A stretch of DNA of 64,000 nt, from contig NC_086097.1 in NCBI RefSeq assembly GCF_963921235.1, positions 158,536,001 to 158,600,000 on the forward strand, in the 5' to 3' direction. The DNA is from Mobula hypostoma (taxonomy: Eukaryota). The notes beneath the pieces were generated by a model that was given only the letters and a program-made list of their open reading frames with translations, was not told where the DNA came from and made no database searches. Positions 12,550-25,431 of the stretch are shown piece after piece (within the stretch, counting starts at the first letter, position 1; each line of letters opens with the position of its first letter). The translations under genes and the position numbers were made by a program.

Positions 12550-14730
12550 CACAACCAAAGCCAAAAATATTGTTTCTACTGAACTTCTATTTGCTCCTGA
12601 TGAATAGACTGAAGGTTCTCAATATCATCCCAAATGCTCATTTGTTCCTCAGTGGTCATGTGTGTGAGGGGATGTTATACTTTTTCAAGGGAGTTTTGGA
12701 ACATCCTTAAATTGTTTGCTCTTCTGTTTGGTAATCCCTGGCTACAATTGAGCTTGGAATAGCATTTTGGTTCTGGAATCTGTTGATGGGCATGGCCTGC
12801 CCATTGAAGCTGACGGACTAACTAAAGCCTTTATTGATGTGGAGGATGTTAATAGAAAATATTGCCGATATCCAGAGGTTATTATACATGATGGTACAAA
12901 TGAGATAGGTAGAACAATTGTATATCAGATGCTGTACTGTTCTATGTTCTATATCAGCAAGGGGTAAGATTCTGTGGAATAAGTGTAAAGGAGTTATGTA
13001 AGAAGTTTAAAAAGCAGATCCCCGAGTGTAGTTGTAGTGATTAGTCCCAGTGCTCATGAGATCAGAAATAGAAAGATAGGTCTGATGAATTTGTGGCTGA
13101 GGAAATGGTGCAGGTTCTTGAATCCTCCAGTATTTTTCCCGGTATTGACTGGGCCACTGAGTGGGTTAAGAGCCTGTATGGAGCGGAACTGTGAAATATG
13201 TTCAGGAAAGTTTCCTGTGTCAATGTACTCAGGAGGGGGCAATACCTTTTAGAGTTTTTTTTTAATGACAAGGTAGGTAGTAAGGTAGATATTTGTAAGG
13301 TAATGGATGCTGTCTATTTGGGCTGTTATGTATGGGATGGCATTGGGACGCTTCTTATCATTATTTATATACTGTAAATGATTTGGATTTGCATGCACGT
13401 CTTGATCAGCAAGAAGGTACTGTAGAAATTGAAGAGGGTTATGGTATATTACAAGAGGATCTTGATTAGTTAGGAAAGTGCAGCAAATGGATTTCAGGTA
13501 AGTGTGAGGTTGGGCGTCTTGGAAACTCAAAGCAGTGTCAGACTTTCACTGTGATTGAGAGGGCGCTGGGAAGTGTAACGGAACAGAGGGACTAGGATAG
13601 TTTGTTGAAAGGGGTGTCACAAACTATCCAGGGTGGTTAAAAAAGTGTTCAGCATGCTGTCCTTCAGCAGTCAGGACACTGAGTACAGCAGTTAGCATAT
13701 TGTGTTGCAATTGTATAAGCTGTGGTGATACTGAAGTTAGAGGACTGTGTACAATTTTAGTCTCCCTGTTATAGGAAGGATGTGGTTAAACTGGAAAGAA
13801 TGCAGGAAGAAATATTAATGAAGATGTTGCAAGGTCTAGAGGGCCTGAATTATAGGAAGAGGTTAGTCAGCTTAGGTCATTATTCCTTGGAATGTAGTCA
13901 AATGAGAAATGTTTAAAATTATGAGAGACATAGATAAGGTGCACAGTAGCAATCTTTTCCCTGGGATAAGGGTGGTCTAAACTTGGGGCATTAATTTAGG
14001 GTGAGAGGGAAAAAAAATTTAATGGACCTGAGGTGCAGTTTTTTTTAATGTATGGAGTGAGCTGGCCAGAAGATGTAGTTGAGGTGAGTACAATAATATC
14101 ACTTAAGAAGCATGGGATAGGTACATGAGGAGTTGGGCTTAGAGGAATAAGGACCAAACATAGGAAATTGGGACTATCTGAATAGGTACCATGGTCAGCA
14201 TGGACTCGTTGAGCTGAAGGGTATGTATCTGTGATATATTGCTCTGTTGAACCTATGCAGGAAGGCAGGGATTACTGCTGCCTGGTTGACCATTAACTTT
14301 GTGCCAGGTGTGTTAGATACGTTGATCTTAAAACACTCTTGTTCTCATATGGGTGAAGGCTGTGTTGAAGGTTTGAAACTGAGGGTGAGTTGATATTTGT
14401 TTATATTAAATGATAGCTTCCAGGTTGTGAAAAATAGAACTTAATTGTTCAGGAGTGATGTTATGCAGTGACAGCAGAATGGTAAAGGATCTTTTTTTGT
14501 AGCTGGTACATGTAACATACACTTTGTCTTGTGTGGTTTGGTGCAGAAGTGGGTGATAACTTGGAACTTGGCCCCCAAACATACACATATGCAAGTGGCA
14601 TCAGCCAGTTGCAGTTCAGTAGATAAGGATGAAATCTTGTCAGAGGTGCAGTGTAGTTCTGGTGTGAGAAAGATTAGGACACATAAAGGGGCAACGTTAT
14701 CCGAAAAAACTACTTGCAGCAGCATCTCAG
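12550..14730 (-). mobile_element. Old RTE-clade LINE fragment, split by a CR1 insertion
   Basis: Antisense RTE C-terminal sequence (catggcctgcccattgaag, minus frame LQWAGH; ttttggaacatccttaaa) resumes after ~14255 (gcaggaaggcagggattactgctgc; tgtgttgaaggtttg). Confidence 0.5.
12870..14250 (+). mobile_element. Internally deleted CR1 (ORF1 esterase fragment joined to 3' ORF2 and tail)
   Basis: PEVIIHDGTNEIGR and NRKIGLMNLWLRKWCR (ORF1 SGNH-like); RT 3' part, then tail ggaaattgggactatctgaataggtaccatggtcagcatggac. Confidence 0.7.
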
Positions 14731-17700
14731 GCACATGGCATCATATAAGCAGTATTCACAAGATAAATGCATAAAATAAATCTAAATTATACACAATTTT
14801 TACAAAAAATCACACAATTAGGAATGAAAAAATGTCCATTTTAGTGTAAAGTGATCAAAGTGGTTGTAGCATCCACTCCTGAAGCCTTTGATGTTCCTAG
14901 GTTGATAACTGTCCTGTCCACTTGGCTCCCAGAGGAGTGAGCCCTTGTGTGCCTGGGTCATGGATGGATGACATCACGGAAGAGTCTTGGCACGTCATGT
15001 AATGAGGTAGACACGGGCTCACAAACTTCAAAATTTGTAATAAATGAGTTTTTTAAAAATCTCTTCTCTGAGAAATACCATCAGGGATGATTGACAAATG
15101 CAGAATTTATAGCTGAGCAGGGACAGATCTGGAAGCGCAAGGATTCTGTGAATGGACTGTTAATGGGGGCATGATTTGCTGTGTGCATTTAGTTACTCTT
15201 GACTCCACCATGTGAATTATGATGAAAATTTTGACAGTAAATGAAGTCTCCTGCCTTTTTATGGAAGCATAAATAAAATGAAAATGGTCTATTACTGAAT
15301 ATCAAAGAGGCCAAAGATGGTAATTGTATTGAATACATTGACTGATAATCTGTCATCTTCAGTCTAAACTCAGATACCAAATTTCATTTTTTTATTATTC
15401 AGTACAGGTTTCTCTGTCTTGCAAGGCCATCCAAATACGGATCTCATGAACTGCACCAGGCATGTTTGAGTTAAATATCATGACTCCTATTTCTCATCAC
15501 TCAAAATCACATTTGGTTCATTCCTAGTCTTGTGAAAGGACAGCCCATGACAATTACTTGGCAGATGAGGTTGCCAGCAGTGCTTCCAGGGGTTATAAGA
15601 GGAATAGCTGCACAGTGGAAACTGTCTAGGGTTAGAATTGAAGCACATTGTTTTGTTACGGTATGAATTTCTTATTCAATACAGGTATTTGGTGGCCAAA
15701 ACTGATTATTTGTCAAAGTGACTTAAACTAAAGGAAACAAGAAAGGACAACAAATGATTAGCTATGGAGTACATGTTCAAAAATTATACAGTTTCAACAT
15801 TTAATAAACAAGAAGTTAGACTCTGATATGTGAATATAGGTTTCAATAAGTACATTTAAGGTCAGAGAAATGTATACAAATGAAATCCTGAAATTCTTTT
15901 TCTTTGCAGACATCCATGAAAACATAGCAATTATTTTGCCATTGTGAAAATTATTGCAAACATTGCTGCATTAATCATATCTGACATTAATGACTGAACT
16001 CAAACAAGTGGCATGGTCCTCTTCTGCCACTGTCTGGAGAACATGATGATAAGTCACAGAGGTGAATTCACTAAGTCCATGATCTTTTAATCCTTTTCAC
16101 CTACCTTTTTACCTCTTACTACAGACATATCAGTTGGGTTTGAGTTCTTGATGGGCTTATTGCAGCCCACTGCTCCTTGCACTGCAAGTCACAAAACAGG
16201 ACAACACGAGAGTTGAGTGGTGCAGAGCAGCAACGGCACTTTTTCTTCTACAGTTTATTTATTATTTCCTTCTTTATATTTGCACAGTTGGAACAGAGGG
16301 AATGACAGACAGGATAGTTGAATACGTCTCTTGCGGGATGTGGGGAGGCGGGGAGACCTCTTGTGACCCCGACGACTACACCTGCAATAAGTGCTTCCAG
16401 CTGCAGCTGCTAGCAATCAACGTTAAAGAGATGAGCTCTGGATCACTCAGGAGGCTGAGGGGTGATAGATAGGACGTATAGAGAGTTATTTACACCCAAG
16501 GTGCAGGGCACAGGAGACTGGATGACAGTCTGGAAGGGGAAAGGGGTAAAACAGCCAGTGCAGAGTACCCCTGTAGCCACCCCCCTCAACAGCTGTGGGG
16601 GGATGATCTAGTATAGGACAGTCACAGTAGTCAGGTCTCCCACGCCAAGTCTGGCTCTGTGACTCAGAAGTGAAGAGGAGAGCTGTGGTGATAGTGGATT
16701 TGTTAGTTAGGGGAACAGGAAGGAGGTTCCACTGATGAGAATGAGGTTCCTGGATGGTATATTGCCTCCCAGATGCCAGGGTCAGGAACATCTCACATTG
16801 AGTCCTCAGCATTCTTGAGTGGGAGGGTGAACAGTGAGAGGTCATGATCCATGTAGTTACCAATGATATAGGTAAGAAGAGTGATGAGGTTCTGCATAGG
16901 GAGTTCAGGGAGTTAGGTGTTAAGTTATAGGTCAGGACCTCCAGGGTTATGATCTCATGAATGCTACCTATGCCACGTTCTAGTGAGGCCAGAAATAGGA
17001 AGATCATACAGTTTAATGCATAGCTAAGGAGTTAGTGTAGGAGGGAGGGCATCAGATTTTTGGATTGTTGGGCTCTCTTCCAGGGAAGTTGGGATCTGAA
17101 CAGAAGAGATGGTTGTACCTGAACTGGAGGGGACTAATATCATAGTGGGAAGGTTTGCTTGTGCTGCACAGGGTGGTGGTGGGGGGGCGGGGGGGGGGGC
17201 GTTAAACTAGAGTTTCAGGATCATAGTCCCAGAGCAGATAGTAGAGAGGTTGTAGAGACAGATGTCAGTAAGATCTCAGATAATATCAGGAATCAAAAGG
17301 TTGAGCATTGGAGCGACTAATTTTCTGAGCTGTATATATCTCAATGCAAGAAGTATTGTAGGAAAGGCAGTTGATCTCAGGACATGGACCAACACATAGA
17401 ATTATGATATTGTAGCCATTAGTGAGACTTGGTTGCTAGAGGGGCAGGACTGGCAGCTCAATATTCCGGGGGAGGGATTAAAGGAGGAGGGGCGGTGTTA
17501 CTCGTCAGGGGAAATGTCACAGTAGTGCTCAGTCATGACAGATCGGACAACTCCAGTAGTAAGGCCTTATGGGTGGAACTGAGGAATAAGAAAGGTATGA
17601 CCACGTTAATTGAGCTACATAATAGACTACTCGCAGCGCATGAAATTTTGAGGAACAAATTTGTAGAGAGATCATAGACTGTTGCAAGAAACATAAGGTT

Positions 17701-17790
17701 GTTGTAGTAGGTGATTATAACTTTCCACTCAACACACATCAAAGTTGCTGGTGAACGCAGCAGGCCAGGCAGCATCTATAGGAAGAGGCG

Positions 17791-17828
17791 CAGTCGACGT
17801 TTCAGGCCGAGACCCTTCGTCAGGACTA
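17791..17828 (-). ncRNA. Minimal type-I hammerhead ribozyme in the PLE terminal repeat
   Basis: Minus strand reads tagtc-CTGACGA-agggtctcggcct-GAAA-c-GTC-gactg: stem I agtc/gact, intact core, palindromic ACGT in place of stem III. Confidence 0.75.
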
Positions 17829-18123
17829 ACTGAAGGAAGAGTGAGTAAGGGATTTGAAAGTTGGAGGGGGAGGGGGAGATGCAAAATGATAGGTAGGAGA
17901 AGACAGGAGGGGGAGGGATAGAGCCGAGAGCTGGACAGGTGATAGGCAAAAGGGGATACGAGAGGATCATGGGACAGGAGGTCCGGGAAGAAAGACGGGG
18001 GGGGGTGACCCAGAGGATGGGCAAGAGTTATATTCAGAGGGACAGAGGGAGAAAAAGGAGAGTGAGAGAAAGAATGTGTGCATAAAAATGAGTAACAGCT
18101 GGGGTACGAGGGGGAGGTGGGGC

Positions 18124-19487
18124 CTAGCGGAAGTTAGAGAAGTCAATGTTCATGCCATCAGGTTGGAGGCTACCCAGACGGAATATAAGGTGTTGTTCCT
18201 CCAACCTGAGTGTGGCTTCATCTTTACAGTAGAGGAGGCCGTGGATAGACATGTCAGAATGGGAATGGGATGTGGAATTGTGTGGCCACTGGGAGATCCT
18301 GCTTTCTCTGGCGGACAGAGCGTAGATGTTCAGCAAAGCGGTCTCCCAGTCTGCGTCAGGTCTCACCAATATATAAAAGGCCACATCGGGAGCACCGGAT
18401 GCAGTATATCACCCCAGTCGACTCACAGGTGAAGTGATGCCTCACCTGGAAGGACTGTTTGGGGCCCTGAATGGTGGTAAGGGAGGAAGTGTAAGGGCAT
18501 GTGTAGCACTTGTTCCGCTTACAAGGATAAGTGCCAGGAGGGAGATCAGTGGGGAGGGATGGGGGGGACGAATGGACAAGGGAATTGTGTAGGGAGCGAT
18601 CCCTGCGGAATGCAGAGAGAGGTGGGGAGGGAAAGATGTGCTTAGTGGTGGGATCCCGTTGGAGGTGGCGGAAGTTGCGGAGAATAATATGTTGGACCCG
18701 GAGGCTGGTGGGGTGGTAGGTGAGGACCAGGGGAACCCTATTCCTAGTGGGGTGGTGGGAGGATGGAGTGAGAGCAGATGTACGTGAAATGGGGGAGATG
18801 CGTTTAAGAGCAGAGTTGATAGTGGAGGAAGGGAAGCCCCTTTCTTTAAAAAATGAAGACATCTCCCTCGTCCTAGAATGAAAAGCCTCATCCTGAGAGC
18901 AGATGCGGCGGAGCCGGAGGAATTGCGAGAAGGGGATGGCGTTTTTGCAAGAGACAGGGTGAGAAGAGGAATAGTCCAGATAGCTGTGAGAGTCAGTAGG
19001 CTTATAGTAGACATCAGTGGATAAGCTGTCTCCAGAGACAGAGACAGAAAGATCTAGAAAGGGGAGGGAGGTGTCGGAAATGGACCAGGTAAACTTGAGG
19101 GCAGGGTGAAAGTTGGAGGCAAAGTTAATAAAGTCAACGAGTTCTGCATGCGTGCAGGAAGCAGCGCCAATGGAGTCGTCGATGTAGCGAAGGAAAAGTG
19201 GGGGACAGATACCAGAATAGGCACGGAACATAGATTGTTCCACAAACCCAACAAAAAGGCAGGCATAGCTAGGACCCATACGGGTGCCCATAGCTACACC
19301 TTTAGTTTGGAGGAAATGGGAGGAGCAAAAGGAGAAATTATTAAGAGTAAGGACTAATTCCGCTAGACGGAGCAGAGTGGTGGTAGAGGGGAACTGATTA
19401 GGTCTGGAATCCAAAAAGAAGCGTAGAGCTTTGAGACCTTCCTGATGGGGGATGGAAGTATATAAGGACTGGACATCCATGGTGAAA
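18124..19487 (-). pseudogene. PLE RT/GIY-YIG ORF with a premature stop and a frameshift
   Basis: ORF 18356-19504 stops at GET*, likely CGA>TGA, then continues RRLGDRFAEHLRSV; a small deletion near 18280 shifts the frame to NSTSHSHSDMSIHGL. The N-terminal MGVSVN is antisense CR1 flank. Confidence 0.88.
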
Positions 19488-19524
19488 TTGACTGAGACTC
19501 CCATGCTGTAAAATGACTAGATGC

Positions 19525-19660
19525 AATAGAGAAGATAAAATCTGCAGATGCTGGAAATCCAAGCAACACACACATAAAATGCTGCAGGAACTCAGCAGGC
19601 CAGGCAGCATCTATGGAAAAAAGCACAGTTGACGTTTCGGGCCAAAACTGTTCGGCAGCT
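19525..19660 (-). mobile_element. Penelope terminal-repeat fragment
   Basis: tctgcagatgctggaaatcc...aactcagcaggccaggcagcatctatgg...cagttgacgtttcgggcc; degenerate hammerhead. Confidence 0.75.
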
Positions 19661-19785
19661 GGAGTTTGTTAAATGTGTTCAAGAAAGTTTTCTTAATCAG
19701 TACATAGAAGTCCCACTGAGAGAGTCCACTTGATCTCCTATAAGGGAATGAGGCAGGGCAGATGATAAAAGTTTGTTTAGCGCGC

Positions 19786-20255
19786 TGTAAGGTTTCACTG
19801 CTAATGTAATGGCCTCTCTGTAATGTTTCACTGCTAACAATGGTTTCTCTGTAGCAGCAATGTTTGGGTTATGACTCGAAATAACGAGGTTTGGAATGCT
19901 GTTGTTATTTCTTGTGAGTCTGGAAGAGAGATTCTCACCGTCTTTGGTTGGCGAGAGGAGAAGGAAGACACGTGGGGAGAGAGCTGGTAGACCACTGGAC
20001 GGAGTGGACAGGGATCAAGGGTCCGAAGGTTGGCGACACTTGGAGAGGTCGATGGCTGATGAATATTTGTGAGCTCCAAGTGCACTTTTGACTTTTCTCT
20101 TTAAATGGACCCTTTTTCTTTTTCTTTTCTTTACTAACCCTGTATTCAGATTAAGATTTATAAAGTTCAATCAGTTAATTGCATATGGTGTACTGTTTGA
20201 TATTTTGCGGTGCGCATTTGTCACCAGGCCACACATCACGCAGCATCCACACAAA
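19786..20255. mobile_element. Probable LTR (retrotransposon) fragment
   Basis: Starts TGTAAGG where the CR1 abruptly ends; internal gtttcactgctaa repeats; no coding capacity; no TSD found. Confidence 0.4.
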
Positions 20256-20436
20256 CAAACACGTGCAACATGCTGGAGGAACTCAGCAGGTCGGGCAGCA
20301 TCCATGGAAATGAACAGTCAACATTTCGGGCCGAGACCCTTTGTCAGGACTGAAGAGGGAGGGGGCATGGGCCCTATAAAGGAGGTGGGGGGAGGGTGGG
20401 AAGGAGAAGGCTGGTAGGTGCCAGGGGAAAAACCAG

Positions 20437-21311
20437 TGTTACGTACCCCGTAACTGGGTTGCCAAACCAGCAGAAATGGATCACTCAGTTGGAGTCTGGA
20501 GTACTAGAACTAAGAAAGTTTTATTAAAGAAACGAGCAACACAGTAATCGAAAGGATAATAAATGCAACAGTTCAGCGATGATAAACGCACATGTGCACA
20601 GAATTAAGATAACAGCATCAATCAAGCTCTATCGTTGTCTAGGGGTAAATGACCAAATTTCAAAATGACTCAAAGTTCAGTCCAGTTGAGTTCGCAGTAA
20701 TCGTTGCCATGGCGATGGACAACGTGGGGGAAGAGAGAGATAGAATAGGAACAACTGATCATTCAGAACACTGCTTCACTCACAGACCAGCGAGATGGCT
20801 CACAGACCAGCGAGATGGCTCACAAACAGCTTTTGGGCGGGTCCTTGGTGATGTCACCTGAGGTCACCGACTGTGACCCCTCCTCCAGATGCGGTCGATC
20901 CTCTGCAGTGAACCCGGCACCCAGGCAAGGGCGGACACACACCGGGTTCCCGCTGATCGTACCTTTCCACCCTTGTCGTTGTCTGGTGCTTCTCACCCAC
21001 TCGTGAGAGGCGCACCGCTTCCAGGGTCTCGTTACCTCGGGTGGCGTGTGTGTCTGTCTTAGCGAACCTGTCCCTTTTTATCCCCCTGCTGGGGTATCGC
21101 CTGTCCATCACTTCAAACAGTTCAGGGTTCAAAGGGGGGAGCCGCTCCAGACAGCTCTCTCTCCCACATCCCTTCATTACACATCTCCAGACGCTGCTCC
21201 ATTGTTCCTTATCTCTCCTTGCCCTGAGGGCAGGTGGCAGACCAACTGCTGATGCCACTGATGCTAGCCCAGGCCAGCAAACATCTTAATTTTATGTGTA
21301 TTCTCGTAACA
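20437..21311 (-). mobile_element. Solo LTR (Gypsy-type, 875 bp)
   Basis: TGTTACG...CGTAACA inverted termini; 4-bp TSD CCAG at 20433-20436 and 21312-21315; minus-strand TATA-like gataaaaa near 21075 and AATAAA near 20520. Confidence 0.85.
20781..20820. repeat. 20-bp tandem duplication inside the solo LTR
   Basis: cacagaccagcgagatggct x2, exact. Confidence 0.9.
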
Positions 21312-21702
21312 CCAGTAAGGGGAAAGATCAAGCGGTGGGGGAGGAGATAGGCAGGAAAGGTGAAGAAGGAATAGGGGGAAGCACAATGGGTAGTAGATGG
21401 AGGTGGAACCATGAGGGAGGTGATAGGCGGCTGGAGGAGGGGGCAGAATGAAACTGGAATGGGGGAAGGGAGGGGCAGGGAATTACCGGAAGTTGGAGAA
21501 TTCAATGTTCATGCCAAGGGGCTGGAGACTACCCAGACGGTATATGAGGTGTTGCTCCTCCAACCTGAGTTTGGAGACCACAGCAACTGCTCCAACTACA
21601 GAGGCAACTACTCTTGCAGTCCCAAGAAAAGTCTTCTGCAAGATAATTCTAGAAAGGATGAAGGAGAAGGTAGCTGTAGATGAACAAGATGTTTTCTGCA
21701 AG

Positions 21703-24700
21703 ATTATTCTGCTGGCAAAAGTATAGTTTCTGGAAAATAAAATTGAAGACTTCAAAGCAAGATTGCTGTACCAGAGGTTACACCAGAGGCTGGTGTGTTT
21801 TTTTGTTTTACAGAGACTTGGATATCCCTCATCATTCTGGTCCAGCAATAGAGCTTGATTGCTTCACAATTCATTGCCGATAGAACTCCCGAGTGTTTCA
21901 AAGGCAAAGGAGGTAGAAAATACTTTATGATTAACTCCTTGTGTTGTACAAATGTGGCAGCTCTATCTCAGTCCTGCTCAGTAGATCTGAAACATCTCGC
22001 AATCAAGAGTCATCCACTTTATCTGCTGTGGGAGTTGTCAGACATCATCTTGATAGCTATGTGCATCCACCTCAGATCCGTGTCAAACAGGCTCTAGACA
22101 AAGTAATCAACACAATAAATGGGCATGGAACAGTGAACCCTGATGCCCTCCCTATCATTTTTGGGGATTTTAACCAGGCCAGCTTGAAAAAAAAATCTCC
22201 AAATAATTATCATCAACATATAACTTGCAGAACTACAGGATCCAACACCTGGACCACTGTTATAATACCATCAGCAGTGCCTACCATGCCACCCCATGCC
22301 CACACTTTGAAAAGTCTGATCAACTGGCTGTACTACTTCTCCTCAGTGGCGGCAGAGACTGAAGACTGCAGCATCAGTGGAGAGGGCCAAGAAGATATGG
22401 ACAAGGCAGGCACAGGAGCACTTACGGAAATGCTTCTAATCAGTGGGCTGAACGGTATTCAAGGATTCATCTTCAAGTCTGAATGAATATGCCATGGTTG
22501 TCACTGACCATTGAAACCTTTGTGGATAAGTGTGTACCTATGAGAACATACCATACATACCCAGATCAAAAGCCATGGATGAACTGGGAGATTTGTAGCC
22601 CGCGGAGAGCTGGATCTGTGGCATTCAAGTCTAGTGATCAGCGATTATATAAGATAGCTGAGTACGGTCTACGGAGGGCTACCTCCAGAACAAAAGAACA
22701 ATTATGATTGAGGTTAGAGGCAAAATCAGATGCACATCAGCTCTGGCAGGGAGTGCAGACCATTACTTCCTACAAAGCAGAACCCAACATCATGAACGGC
22801 TGTGATGCCTCACTACCAGACAACCTCAATGCCTTTTATGCTTGCTTTGAAAGAGGGAATAAAACTACTGCTATGAGGGTACCTGCAGCATCCAGTGACG
22901 CTCTAATCTCTGTCTCAGAGGCCAACAGGAAAACGTCTTTCAAGAGGGTAGTAGGGCTCTAAAAACCTATGCCAACCAACTGGTAGGTGTGTTCAAAGAC
23001 GTTTTCAATCTCTCATTGCTACAGTCTAATGCTCCCATCTGCTTCAGAAAGGCAACAACTAGTGTCTAATAAGAGCTGTCTCAACAATTACCATCCAGTA
23101 GCACTCAAATCTATGGGGATGAAATGCTTTGAGAGGTTGGTTGTGGCTAGAATCAACTCCTGTCTAAGCAAGGACCTGGACCCACTACAATTTGCCTTTT
23201 GTCACAATAGGTTTACAGTGGATGCGATCTCATTGTTCCTTCATGTGGCTTTGGACCACCTGTACAATACTAATTTTTACATCAAGCTGATATTGTTTGT
23301 CTACAGCTCAGTGTTTAACACAATCATTCCGACAGTTCTGATCAAAACGCTCCAAAACCTGGGCCTCTGTACTTCCCGCTGCGATTGGATCCTCAGCTTC
23401 CTCACCAGAAGAGTACAGGATGTGCATCTCTAGCTTGTTGGCAATCAGCACTAGTGCACCTCAAGAATGTGGGCTTAGCCGACTGCTCTCCTCTCTCTAC
23501 GCCTATGACTATGGGGCTAGACAAAGCTCAAATGCCATCTATAAATTTGCTGATGACACAACTATTGCTGGCTGAATTTCAGATGGTGACAAGAAGATAT
23601 ACAGGGCAGCTCAGCTCATTCAGTGGCGTTGCAGCAACAACCTCGCACTCAACATCAGTAAGGCCAAAGGTTAGATTAGATTAGATTATGAGGACACTCA
23701 GTCCTCGTTTATTGTCATTTAGAAATGCATGCATTAAAAAATGATACAGCGTTCCTCCAGAATGATATCTCAAGAAAACACAGGACAAACCAAGACTAAA
23801 ATTGACAAAATCACATAATTATAATATATAGTTACAACAGTGCAAAGCAATACCATAATTTGATAAAGAGCAGACCATGGGCATGGTAAAAAAAAGTCTC
23901 AAAGTCCCGATAGACTCATCATCTCACGCAGGCGGCAGAAGGGAGGAACTCTCCCTGCCATGAACCTCCAAGCGCCACCAACTTGCCGATGCAGTACCAT
24001 TGGAAGCACCCGGCCGCAGCGGACTCTGAATCCGTCCGAAAACTTCAAGCCTCTGACCAGCCCCTCCGACACAGCCTTTCTGAGCTCCATCCTCTGCCGA
24101 GCACTTTGACCCCTCCCCGGCTGCCAAGCAACAAGCAAAGCCGAAGACTCGGGGCCTTGTCCTCTGGAGATTCTGGACCACACAGTAACAGCAGCAGCAA
24201 AGCAGGCATTTCAGAAGTTTCACCAGATGTTCATCCGTCTCCATCAAATCAGGATTGTGCATGGCACCCTACTTGACAAATAACAGACAGCACCACTGGA
24301 ATGGCCGCTGCGAGCTGCGTCGCGCCGCCATCTTCTCCTCCCACCGTTTGGTTGTGGATTTCAGAAAAGGTAAGACAAGGGAACAGACAGCAGACCTCGT
24401 CGAGGGATCAGAAGTGGAAAGGGTGAACAATGTCCCTTCCTGGGTGTCAGCATCTCCGAGGATCTATCTTGGGCCACACATATCAATGCAGTTAAAAAGA
24501 AGGCATGACAACACCTATATTTCATTAAGAGTTTGAGGAAATTTGGTATGTTACCAAAGACGCTCGCAAATTTCTACATATGTACCATGGAGAGCATTAT
24601 AACTGGCTGCATCACTGTCTGGTATGGGGCGGGGGTGGGGGGTGCAATGCACAGGATTGAAATTAGCTGCAGAAAGTTGTAAACTCAGTCAGCTTTATCA

Positions 24701-25083
24701 TGGCCACTAGCTTCCCCAGCATTTAGAACATCTTCAAGGAGCGATACCACAAAAAGACAGTATCCACCATAATGGACCCCCATCACCCAGGACATGTCCT
24801 CTTCTCATTGTCCTCATTATTACCATCAGGGAAGAGCTATGGGGGTCTGATGGCACACAGTCAACAATTCAGGAATAGCTTCTTTCCCTCTGTCATCAGA
24901 TTTCTGAAAGGATATTGAGCCCATAAACACTACCTTACTACTTTTTTTTCTCATTTTGCACTACTTATTTAATTATAAATATATATTTACAGTAATTTAC
25001 AGTTTGTATTATGTATTGCAATGTACTGCTGCTGTATAACAACAAATTTCATGTCATGCCAGTGATATTAAAACTGATTCTGA
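21703..25083 (+). mobile_element. Rex1/Babar LINE, near-complete ORF (endonuclease + RT, degenerate) with (CTGATT) tail
   Basis: Endonuclease: LENKIED, FTETW, IIFGDFNQASL; KPWMN; RT: NNYHPVALKSMGMKCFERLV..LDPLQFAF; KFADD; 3' UTR ends gatattaaaactgattctga. Confidence 0.9.
23673..24345 (-). mobile_element. Non-autonomous non-coding retroposon with (AATCT)n tail, nested in Rex1
   Basis: 5' end ggaggagaagatggcggcgcg, CpG-rich body, gacaataaac signal and (aatct)n tail; Rex1 RT sequence is continuous across it. Confidence 0.65.
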
Positions 25084-25431
25084 ACAGATCAGATACTGAC
25101 CAAATAGCCACATTACGCATCATAGTCGAGAAATCACGAGTGGATTTCATTTCTGTACATCAGCTTTGTTGACAATAAAAAAAACCTTCAACAGTGTAGA
25201 CAGAGGGACCCTGTGGAGAACCGTGTGGCACTATGGAAATGGTCAGACTGGTCAATAATTTTTACAAGGGAATGTCCTGCAGAGTCAATCATAGCATACC
25301 AGCAACTTTCATTTGAAGACAAGAGTCTGGCCAGGGTGCATGATGTCTCCTTTCTTGTTCCTTCTGGTCATAGACTGGATCATGAAGACATCTGCAGCAC
25401 AGAACAGAAGTGGGATCCAGTGGCCCCTATA

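Larger units (their letters stand above)
17729..19487 (-). mobile_element. Penelope-like element (RT + GIY-YIG endonuclease + 3' terminal repeat), 5'-truncated, recent
   Basis: RT motifs MDVQSLYTSIP, QTKGVAMGTRMGPSYACLF, RYIDD; GIY-YIG VIYCIRCSRCGLLYIGET; C-terminus GSLQPDGMNIDFSNFR; clean junctions within the CR1. Confidence 0.95.
16290..19776 (+). mobile_element. CR1 LINE 5' half (ORF1 zinc finger and esterase, ORF2 endonuclease), interrupted by two Penelope insertions
   Basis: SCGMW..DDYTCNKCFQLQLL; VYCLPDARV; HVVTNDIG; endonuclease IYLNARSIVGK..YDIVAISETWL..ALWVELRNKKG; gattataactttccac resumes as attgactgagactccc after the insertion. Confidence 0.85.
20257..21574 (-). mobile_element. 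Penelope 3' fragment, interrupted by a solo LTR
   Basis: KLRLEEQHLIYRLGSLQPLGMNIEFSNFR plus a terminal repeat with mutated hammerhead (20315-20352). Confidence 0.85.
21575..25430 (+). mobile_element. RTE LINE RT fragment, split by a Rex1 insertion
   Basis: GDHSNCSNYRG..KVFCKIILERMK..DEQDVFCK (to 21702) resumes at ~25083 as NRS.TDQIATLRIIVE..ISFVD..NSVDRGTLW, then QGCMMSPFLFLLVIDWIMK. Confidence 0.8.

Noticed and set aside
14885..15050. Possible LTR fragment
   Set aside because: No matched TG..CA termini or TSD identified
19488..19504. ATG start of the 382-aa PLE ORF
   Set aside because: MGVSVN derives from the antisense CR1 flank; the element is 5'-truncated
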